A stretch of 27,625 nt of DNA, the filler included, from Dimorphilus gyrociliatus (lineage: Eukaryota; Animalia; Annelida): the NCBI GenBank assembly GCA_904063045.1. It is 2 parts of 2 records of this genome, joined end to end, with 100 filler letters (N's around TTAATTAATTAA, not from the genome) between each part and the next. Parts side by side here need not be neighbours in the genome. Positions count along the whole stretch, not along the records: positions 1 to 9,710 come from CAJFCJ010000284.1; positions 9,811 to 27,625 come from CAJFCJ010000209.1. One strand, given 5' to 3'. Below the pieces are notes generated by a model. It saw only the letters and a list, made by a program, of their open reading frames with translations, was not told the DNA's origin and did no database searches. Position numbers and translations under genes: made by a program. Positions 8,815-17,376 of the stretch are shown piece by piece. The stretch's first letter is position 1. Each line of letters starts with the position of its first letter.

Positions 8815-9696
8815 ATGGCATCGTTTGGGATTGTTCTCCTTTATTTTATTTATATCTTAAATATCGATAAGTACGCTTGTTTTTATCTTAAATCTATTAT
8901 ATTTCATTTTTTAATTCTTCTTATTAGCAGATGTAGTTCGAAAAATATTCAAAAAGTCGCCAACAGATCTGGTATATATTATAATTAATACAGTATTATA
9001 TTCAATAGTAATTGGAAATTACTATTATTTTTAAAGATTGCGGCAATGTTGATTGCAATTATGGTGAATGTAAACAATTTGAAAACGGTACTGAATGTTA
9101 CTGTTATGATGGAATGTATCATGAAAATAGATGCAAAGTGACGAATAAATCAGAGAGTATAAATGAATATAGAAATTAAATTTTACTACTCTTTCAAATC
9201 TATCTTAAATATACAGATGTATTTTACATAAAAAATGCATTTGGTAGTGTGTCGTTCGTGAACGAAGAGCCTACTGAAAAGGTCTACACAATAAATGTTA
9301 ACCCCGGTATGTATAGGTTCGAATAAATTTTTAATATATTCAAAGAGAGATTAGAGAAATAAAATGGAATTTGAAAAATGTATTAATTCTTTTCTTTCTT
9401 TTCAATAGGTAAAAACATTGCACTTTTCATGAGATATCCATACTTTTCATCTTCAAGAAGTTTATGCTATTGTTCTGATAATTATGTACAGATTGGAGAT
9501 AAGAAATTATGCGAGTTAAATCAATTTCCCGAAGTAATTCTAATAATAAAAAGGAATTAATTCTTTGTTACATAGAATAACTATTGTTTCTTTTTTTTTT
9601 AAATTAAGCCTATAATAATTAATTCAGATACCTTGGAAATACGTCCACACTGGGCACATATGTCAATGTTTTTCAATACTGACTTCTTTGAATTAG
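8815..9696 (+). CDS. Multi-exon gene for a secreted EGF + CUB-like protein, cut by the contig end (exons 8815-8870, 8931-8971, 9037-9156, 9217-9306, 9409-9533, 9628-9696)
   Basis: GT..AG introns of 60, 65, 60, 102 and 94 nt with phase-compatible exons. The spliced product is MASFGIVLLYFIYILNIDK-CSSKNIQKVANRSD-CGNVDCNYGECKQFENGTECYCYDGMYHENRCKVTNKSE-NVFYIKNAFG...VNPG-KNIALFMRYPYF...CSDNYVQIGDKKLCELNQFPE-IPWKYVHTGHI. The CUB call rests on motif resemblance, and the last exon needs a 1-bp correction. Confidence 0.75.
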
Positions 9697-9710
9697 GTAA
9701 AAAATAACAT

Positions 9711-9810
9711 NNNNNNNNNNNNNNNNNNNNNNNNNNNNNNNNNNNNNNNNNNNNTTAATTAATTAANNNNNNNNNNNNNNNNNNNNNNNNNNNNNNNNNN
9801 NNNNNNNNNN
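9711..9810. other. Artificial contig-joining spacer N44-TTAATTAATTAA-N44
   Basis: Exactly 100 positions with a palindromic 12-mer that places stop codons in all six frames, a standard pseudomolecule linker. Confidence 0.97.
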
Positions 9811-11141
9811 ATTGAAATGGTATAAAATATTTTATTATTAGTTTATTAAACTATTTATAGTCACTACTAAAGTTTATTTTAATGTCTTTAAAAAAAGAAT
9901 AGACTATCTTTAAATACAGATATTTTTACAATTTATCTTGGAAATGTGTTATTTTTGACTTATTTTGTTTATTATTTTATATCATAACTTTTTGTACTTT
10001 ATTTTTAAATGTTGCGTTTAAATAAATACTATTTTAATTATTATTATTGTTCTATTATAGAAATACTGTATTTTAAATGATTTTCTATATCTTTTTAAAA
10101 CTATTTTCTATAAATTTGATACTTTTATGACTCTTATTATATCATAACTGTTTTAATATTAAAAACTACCAATTTTTATATTTTAACAGGTTTTACTTTT
10201 TTAAAAGTAATTTAACCATGTAAAATAAACTTAATATTTTATTAAATCGATGTTTCTAGTTTCTATAATAATTTTTTACTATACTTTTGTATTTTTTATA
10301 CATCAAATTTAAATTAAACACTAAAAATTTCTATAAAATAAATAAGAAATAAACACTTCTGAAATATTCAATCAATTCTTGATAAATACTTTTTTTAACT
10401 TTTGCTTTTTAAAAATATACCAAAGTTCTTATACTTATTCATAAAAAGAAACTATCAAAGCTCTTATAACATACTTATTCGTAAAAAGAGTTATTATACG
10501 TAATTGACTTTCCCCCGTTTTTTGTTGTAATAACTAAGGTAAGCCTATCTTCATCGACAATAACAAGTTTTTTATCTTTAGCTTATATCCTTAAATGACT
10601 TCTAACACATACTTTTTGTTTTAGTATAGACTAACTGATCTTCGATACAAAAGAAATATAAATAATTTATTTCAATTTATAATAAATCAGGTACAATATT
10701 ATATCAATAGTATTCTACGATAAAGATTTTATTTGAGTTTTTTATGATCAAATAGCAACCAATACCTAATTCGTAATACATATTTTGACTTGCTATAAGA
10801 AAAGTTCTTTTTTTTATATTTTACTTTTCAATTACTAAGTTTCTTGTAGATAGAAATTACTACTTGATATACTAAGTCTAGTCACTCAAAACTCCTTCTT
10901 TATCAATATTTTATAGGTTTTTTATTATAAATGTTATTTTTTAATTATACGTTTTAAATTAAGAACAGTTACTATCATAATAAGCTAAAAATTTATATGG
11001 TAAATAAGTTTTAAAAATTACATTTATTTCCCTCTATGTCACCTACAAAAGAAGTAAAGTCCTATATTTATACTTTTTTTAGATGAGGTTTAAATAATCA
11101 TTTTCATGCTTCTTTAAAGACTAATTAGATATTACGTTACT

Positions 11142-11325
11142 CTATCTATAACTCTTCTTTTTATATTAAAACTCATTCAATTATATCATAACTTTGTATA
11201 TAACTATCTATAACTCTTCTTTTTATATTAAAACTCATTCAATTATATCATAACTTTGTATATAACTATCTATAACTCTTCTTTTTATATTAAAACTCAT
11301 TCAATTATATCATAACTTTGTATAT
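11142..11325. repeat. 62-bp tandem repeat, about 3 perfect copies
   Basis: ctatctataactcttctttttatattaaaactcattcaattatatcataactttgtatataa starts at 11142, 11204 and 11266, with no spacers. Confidence 0.95.
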
Positions 11326-11390
11326 CATGGTAAAACACGTGTCTTTCCATTTATAATTATTATTTCTTAAAATGTTTACCTTGACCCTTA

Positions 11391-12089
11391 ATGAACTCCT
11401 TTTTAAAAATTATACTACTTGAATCCATTTATACAACAAGTAAATGCATTTCAGAAGATGAAATAAACGATCTATCCCAAATTATGAACGGGAATGTTAT
11501 AGGTTCTGATCATTTTGTTACAAAAATGAAAAGATTTCTAAACGAACCACCATATTCCCAATTAAGCGATCATAGTAAATTTAATACAGAATTGGAAAAT
11601 CTACTTAGAATAGTTTATAACGAATTCGATAATTTACTAGATCTTGTATATTTTGTATCCAACAATATACATAATACGAGTGGTTATAGAATATTAAAAC
11701 AACATAAGTCATTAAGACCCAAAGAAAGCAACCCTAACAGTAATGATGCTGTGTGCTCCTGTGATTTATATTATGGTAGAGGTATTCTGCAAGCACAAGG
11801 TATTATAAATTATTTTATAGCATCAGAAGTGGTAGAAGATGATTTTGTATCCAACCCTGACAAATTAGCTAGTCTATCTGAGAATGCGGTTAAAGGCTCT
11901 ATCCATTTATATAAAACCATTTACAACAAGTTTAAAAAAGAAAGATCTAAGAAAGCTTTGAGTTTTAGAGATACTGTAGAAATGGTAGCACCTAACGAAA
12001 TTTCTGATGATGAGAACGCCTTAGAAAGATACGAGAATAGGAAAAGAATATTCAAGAGGGTTGCAGAACTGTTTGTTGTTGAAGATTAA
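11391..12089 (+). CDS. Glycoside hydrolase family 19 (chitinase-like) protein, probably catalytically inactive
   Basis: The GH19 motif YYGRGILQAQGIINY (consensus YYGRGxxQLxxxxNY) is followed by DFVSNPDKLA. HNT stands at the HET position. A CCC motif (gaccctta) lies just before the ATG. Confidence 0.75.
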   Translation: MNSFLKIILLESIYTTSKCISEDEINDLSQIMNGNVIGSDHFVTKMKRFLNEPPYSQLSDHSKFNTELENLLRIVYNEFDNLLDLVYFVSNNIHNTSGYRILKQHKSLRPKESNPNSNDAVCSCDLYYGRGILQAQGIINYFIASEVVEDDFVSNPDKLASLSENAVKGSIHLYKTIYNKFKKERSKKALSFRDTVEMVAPNEISDDENALERYENRKRIFKRVAELFVVED

Positions 12090-12430
12090 ACTCAGTTTTT
12101 ATCAAATTTACTGTTTTGAAAGAACATTTTCTTATAAAATTATACTAAAAATATTTATTTATAAATTCTTGGTATTAAAAAAATGTTTAGTTAACACGTG
12201 AAATTCAATTTTATATATAAATTTTTAATTTAATAAAAGAATTGTATATAAAAAATTACTTAGAAAACACTTTTCTAAAAATATAACAAATCAAAACATA
12301 ATAATATTTTTTTATAAAAAAGGATAATTTTAACATCAATTCAAATTAAATAGTTGATGTAATCACCACTCTTGAATAAAATAACTATTTTTATTTATCA
12401 TTAAAATATGTCAATCTATATATATTTTAA

Positions 12431-12580
12431 TGATAAATGAAATTGTAGGTCTATACAATTAGTTTGTTTTCTTATATGTCTTTTAGTCACACTCCATAGG
12501 TATTCTATATTTTCAAGTGCTTATTATGTTTAATCAAGTCATGGTAGTATTTTTCACTTAGTTGGGATAGAATATTACCA
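12431..12580 (-). mobile_element. Short degenerate Merlin/ISXO2-like transposase relic
   Basis: Aligns by eye with 18910..19075. The segment cttatatgtcttttagtcacactccatag is identical in both, and the flanks are similar. Confidence 0.7.
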
Positions 12581-13060
12581 TAAATAAGTTAATACTGTCT
12601 ATAACAAACTGTTTAATGTTGTATAATCTACAAATATAACATAAACCATAAATAACTTAATACTTTACATATTAATTTATACTATATTTGTGTTAAAATA
12701 GTAAAACTTAAGTAATTCTCTTGTATAATTTATAATTTTAAAACAACCACCCGTACTTTTAAATACCTGGTTTCATTTATTTTTTAAAAACCATAATAAG
12801 GGTTCGTTTTGTTTATTTATAAACTTAACCTGAATTAATTTAATCTATTATTCTTGTATTAGAGTTATTAAATTTTTAAAACTAATATTTTACAACCTAG
12901 AAAGTGAAAAAGCAGTTGTCTATTTAAACTAGAAAGAATAATATAAATAGTATAAAAGGATACAAAAGAATATAAAAATACTATTTATAAAAGAATATAT
13001 ATAAAAGAATATATAAAAAAGAATATAATTTAATGATTTTATATAAAAATAATTTTTTTA

Positions 13061-13071
13061 ACCCCTAAATG
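13061..13071 (+). promoter_or_regulatory. Microsporidian-type CCC motif immediately upstream of the start codon, preceded by an AT-rich tract
   Basis: acccctaaATG. Comparable motifs occur before the GH19 ATG (gacccttaATG, 11391) and the transposase ATGs at 18599, 21050 and 26560. Confidence 0.6.
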
Positions 13072-16000
13072 TTAAACTTCTACAAAAATTCTAACATCCT
13101 AACACATACGTATCTCTACCCACTTTACACACTCCCATTAACATTACAAACTGTAGTACCTAAACATGTAACTCTACTATTTACATGTCTCTTATCTATT
13201 CTACTATATTTATTAACAATTTGGTTTGTTAAAATAAATTTAATATTTTGTTATAAAAAATTAAATTTAAACAAAAACTATAACAATAACAAATCTATAG
13301 ATTCTATAGACTTTAGAATGAATATAAAATATACTAAAGAGTATTTAAATACTTACATATTTATAAAAGACAAACTATGTAAGATAAAGATAAAACAATA
13401 CAAATACGATAAGTTTTTAGTGTATTTCTACTGTGATAAACAGCTATACTTAATAAATGAAGATGTGTTTCAAGTTAAACCAAATTTAAATAGAAAATAC
13501 AAATTTTACAAAAATATTTTAGAAAATAAATGCATAAACAAAGAAGATGAAGAAAATAAATGCATAAACAAAGAAAATTTAGAAAATAATTTAAAAAATG
13601 AAAAATATGAAGAAAATAAATGCATAAACAAAGAAGATGAAGAAAATAAATGCATAAACAAAGAAAATTTAGAAAATAATTTAAAAAATGAAAAATATGA
13701 AGAAAATAAATGCATAAACAAAGAAGATGAAGAATCAGATGAGGTTTTTATACCTGACTACATAAAAGATGTTATACCTAACAATGAGTTTAGAATTGAA
13801 GCACCTACATTCTTTGAGTTACTACTTGAGCACATGACAGCACCATTTTTTGTATTTCAGTTGTTTTCTGCTATTTTGTGGTGTTTAGATGAATACATCT
13901 ATCATTCTTTGTTTAGTATATTTATGTTATTTGTATTTGAGAGTGGATTTGTTATACAAAGAATAAAAAATATGAAAGAATTTAAAAGTATGAATCTTAA
14001 AGAAGAAGAAATTGAATATATAGAAAATAAAAATTCAAAAAATTTAAAAAGTGAAAATAAAAAAAATAATTTAAAAAATGAATGCATAAATAGAAGAAAA
14101 GAAAATTCAAAAAATAAAGAAAATAATTTAAAAAATGAATGCATAAACAAAGAAGAAGAAAATAAAGAAAATAATAAAAAAAATGAATGCATAAATAGAA
14201 GAAAAGAAAATTCAAAAAATAAAGAAAATAAAAATAATACAGAGAATCCAAAAAAATCTTCTAAAAATTTAAAACCTGGTGATTTAATAATTCTTAAAGA
14301 AAATAATATACAAATACCTTGTGATTTAATTTTATTAAAAGGTAGTTGTGTAGTTGATGAAGCAATGTTAACTGGAGAATCAATACCTAATTTTAAAGAG
14401 AGTATTAAAGAAAAAGAAGATAATTTAATTTATAACGTAAATGATAAGAAAAGCACTTTATTTGGAGGAACTAAACTTATACAAATACTCAACACCAGTG
14501 AAGAAGTCAATGAAGAGAATAACAATAGTATTGATACAGATAAAGCTATTAATAATAATAGTAAAGAATTAATATGTTTAGTTATTAGAACATCTTTTGA
14601 TACAGAACAAGGATCTCTTATAAAAAAAATGTTACTTAATACTACAAACAACTACGACAAAGATTCTTTATATCTTATTCTATCACTTTTAATATTTGCA
14701 ATTCTAGCTTCTATTTATTTAATAATACAAAATTATAAAAATAAAACAAAAAGTAATTATAAATTATTATTAGATATAATAATAATAATAACAAATGTAG
14801 TACCAAGTGAATTACCAATGGAAATGGCAATATCTATAAATTTTAGTTTAGGAAATTTAATAAAAAAAAGTATTTATTGTTTAGAAACGTATAGAATACC
14901 AAATGCAGGTAAAACTACAGTATGTTGTTTTGATAAGACAGGAACTTTAACAGAGAGTGAATTAAATGTAGAAGGAATTGAATATTTAACAGAGAGTGAT
15001 AGTAAAATAGATAAAATAAGTAAAGAAGTAGATAATAAAGTTAATACTAATAGAGTAGATAATAAATACTATCTGAATCATATCTCTCAACATTGTCATT
15101 CTCTTATAAAAATAGATAATAAAATACATGGAGATCCTTTAGAATTATCTTTACTTAATTATTTAAATTTAGAATTAAAAAATCCAATAAAAAGATATTC
15201 ATTTGATTCTAATCTTAAGAGAATGACTGTTGTAAGTCATAAAAATAATACTAAATTTAATAGAGTAGATAATAGTAAAAAAATAGATAATAATAATAAT
15301 AAAAAATTAAATAATAATAAATTAAATAAAATAAATAACATTAATAATAATAATAAAAGAATAGATAATAAATTAAATAATAATGCTAAAAGAATAGATA
15401 ATAAATTAAATAAAATAAATAACATTAATAATAATAGAGTAGATAGTAAAAAATTAGTAGTGTCAATGAAAGGTGCTCCTGAAATTGTTAAAGATTTTTT
15501 AAATGAAATTCCTAAAAATTATAATAATTATAAAAATTTATGTAAATTAGGTTATAGAGTATTAACATTAGCTTATAAAGAAACAATACTAGAAAATATA
15601 AATATAAATAATAAATTTAATAGAGAATTAGTTGAAAAAGATTTAAATTTTTTATGTTTTGTTTTATTTAAAAGTAAATTAAAATCTGATGCTAAAAAAA
15701 GTATAGAAATATTAAAAAAGAGTGGACATAAAATAGTTATGATAACAGGAGATAATAAATTAACAGCAGAAAGTGTAGCTAAAGATTTAGGAATTGAAGG
15801 AGAAACATTAGAAGGAGAAGAAATAGATTTTAATATAAATAGAATAGATATTAATAGAATTAGTAGAGTAGATAATATAAATAATACTAATAGAATTAAT
15901 AACAATATTAATACAGATTTTAGTAGAGATTTTAATAGTGTTGCTGTCTTCGCTCGTGCTGATCCTAAGCAAAAAGAAAGAATTATTGAATTTTATAAAA

Positions 16001-17265
16001 AAAATAATGAAATAGTTTTAATGGCTGGTGATGGAACTAATGATGTAGGTGCTTTAAAAACAGCAGATATAGGAATAGCATTAGTAAATTCAAAAACACA
16101 AGACAAAGATGATATAAAAGACAATATAAATAATAATAGTATAAAAAGAAATAATACTAATATAAATAATAGTATAAAAAGAAATAATAATACTAATATA
16201 AATAATAACAATAACAATACTAATAGAAATAATAATAGAAATACTATCTCTCGTGATGAATTAATTAAGTTAAGACAAAAAGAAGCTTTAAAAAACTTAA
16301 AAGCTGAATTAGGTCTTTTCGATGATGATGATAAAAATTTAAATTTAGGTGATGCTAGTGTAGCTGCTCCTTTCACTATAAAAGATAACAAACTAGATAA
16401 CATTTTAACAATAATAAGAGAAGGTAGGAGTAGCTTAGTCTCTGTTATTCAAATGTATAAAATTTTAAGTTTAAATTCATTAATAACTGGTTTTAGTTTA
16501 AGTGTATTAGATAGTTTTAATATTAAGTTTGGAGACGTACAAATGACTTTGAGTGGTATTTTATTAGCTTTTGGATTTATGTTCTTAAATAGAAGTGATT
16601 CTTTACTTGAAATAAGTAAATTTAAATTACCTAAAAGAGCAATTAATAAGTATGTATGTATATCTACATTTTTACAAGCTATTGTTAATATTTTAAGTAT
16701 TAGTGTAATTGTATACTTAATTAGTACCAATCATATAAATACTAAAGAATATATAAATACTAAAGAATATATAAATACTAAAGAATATATAAATACTAAA
16801 GAATATATAAATACTAAAGAATATATAAATACTAATAATAAAGAGAATAATAAAGAATATATAAGTGATATAGAAAATACTAATACTGATAAAGATAATA
16901 ACTCATTCACCCCCTCCCTACAAAATACTGTTCTTTTTCTTCTTTCTACTTATCAACAAATTTTAACTATTTCTATTAATTATATTGGTAGACCATTTAG
17001 AATTAATTTATTAGAAAATAATAAACTAAGAAATACTTTATTTCTTCTTCTTTCTTTTATTTTATTTTTAGTTTTTGATTTAAATTTAGATTTTAGAGAA
17101 AGTATGCAAATTGTAAGTCTTGTTAATTATTATTTTTATATTAATAATTTAAAAATAAGATTAGATATTTTTTTAAGTCTATTAATGATTATTAATACTA
17201 TTTTAAATTATTTAGTAGAAAGAATTTCATATGAATATTTATTTATAAGAGAAGGACTTAAATAA
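13069..17265 (+). CDS. SPF1: P5A-type P-type ATPase (Spf1/ATP13A1 family) with multiple Asn/Lys-rich low-complexity insertions
   Basis: Motifs: EHMTAPFFVFQLF...LWCLDEY, DEAMLTGES, VVPSELPMEM (PPELP-like), DKTGTLT, KGAPE, MITGDN, VFARADPKQK, MAGDGTNDVGALK, LGDASVAAPFT, REGRSSLV...QMYKIL. Intronless, with acccctaa directly before the ATG. Confidence 0.92.
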   Translation: MLNFYKNSNILTHTYLYPLYTLPLTLQTVVPKHVTLLFTCLLSILLYLLTIWFVKINLIFCYKKLNLNKNYNNNKSIDSIDFRMNIKYTKEYLNTYIFIKDKLCKIKIKQYKYDKFLVYFYCDKQLYLINEDVFQVKPNLNRKYKFYKNILENKCINKEDEENKCINKENLENNLKNEKYEENKCINKEDEENKCINKENLENNLKNEKYEENKCINKEDEESDEVFIPDYIKDVIPNNEFRIEAPTFFELLLEHMTAPFFVFQLFSAILWCLDEYIYHSLFSIFMLFVFESGFVIQRIKNMKEFKSMNLKEEEIEYIENKNSKNLKSENKKNNLKNECINRRKENSKNKENNLKNECINKEEENKENNKKNECINRRKENSKNKENKNNTENPKKSSKNLKPGDLIILKENNIQIPCDLILLKGSCVVDEAMLTGESIPNFKESIKEKEDNLIYNVNDKKSTLFGGTKLIQILNTSEEVNEENNNSIDTDKAINNNSKELICLVIRTSFDTEQGSLIKKMLLNTTNNYDKDSLYLILSLLIFAILASIYLIIQNYKNKTKSNYKLLLDIIIIITNVVPSELPMEMAISINFSLGNLIKKSIYCLETYRIPNAGKTTVCCFDKTGTLTESELNVEGIEYLTESDSKIDKISKEVDNKVNTNRVDNKYYLNHISQHCHSLIKIDNKIHGDPLELSLLNYLNLELKNPIKRYSFDSNLKRMTVVSHKNNTKFNRVDNSKKIDNNNNKKLNNNKLNKINNINNNNKRIDNKLNNNAKRIDNKLNKINNINNNRVDSKKLVVSMKGAPEIVKDFLNEIPKNYNNYKNLCKLGYRVLTLAYKETILENININNKFNRELVEKDLNFLCFVLFKSKLKSDAKKSIEILKKSGHKIVMITGDNKLTAESVAKDLGIEGETLEGEEIDFNINRIDINRISRVDNINNTNRINNNINTDFSRDFNSVAVFARADPKQKERIIEFYKKNNEIVLMAGDGTNDVGALKTADIGIALVNSKTQDKDDIKDNINNNSIKRNNTNINNSIKRNNNTNINNNNNNTNRNNNRNTISRDELIKLRQKEALKNLKAELGLFDDDDKNLNLGDASVAAPFTIKDNKLDNILTIIREGRSSLVSVIQMYKILSLNSLITGFSLSVLDSFNIKFGDVQMTLSGILLAFGFMFLNRSDSLLEISKFKLPKRAINKYVCISTFLQAIVNILSISVIVYLISTNHINTKEYINTKEYINTKEYINTKEYINTKEYINTNNKENNKEYISDIENTNTDKDNNSFTPSLQNTVLFLLSTYQQILTISINYIGRPFRINLLENNKLRNTLFLLLSFILFLVFDLNLDFRESMQIVSLVNYYFYINNLKIRLDIFLSLLMIINTILNYLVERISYEYLFIREGLK
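13521..13734 (+). repeat. In-frame repeat in the P5A ATPase: seven 30-bp subunits in A-B-C-A-B-C-A order (90-bp higher-order unit)
   Basis: The subunits encode ENKCINKEDE, ENKCINKENL and ENNLKNEKYE. Confidence 0.93.
16735..16833 (+). repeat. In-frame 18-bp repeat (INTKEY x5.5) in the C-terminal membrane region of the P5A ATPase
   Basis: ataaatactaaagaatat repeated five times plus ataaatact. Confidence 0.95.
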
Positions 17266-17376
17266 ATAATTATTTTAATTACTTTTTTTAATAAATAAAT
17301 AATTATTTTAATAAGTTATTTAATATAATATTTTTACTATAAGTGATTTATATAATATAATAAATAAATATTTATA

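Noticed and set aside
9755-9766. Palindrome TTAATTAATTAA as a biological site
   Set aside because: It is embedded symmetrically in 44+44 Ns and is an assembly linker.
11029-11087. CCC motif followed by a tiny ORF (MSPTKEVKSYIYTFFR)
   Set aside because: It is only 16 codons with no supporting features, which is expected by chance.
11142-11325. Possible CRISPR array
   Set aside because: The units are contiguous with no unique spacers, there are no cas genes, and the context is eukaryotic.
13506-16730. Minus-strand Leu/Phe/Ile-rich ORFs opposite the P5A ATPase
   Set aside because: They are antisense readings of Asn/Lys/Glu repeats that lack stops by composition.
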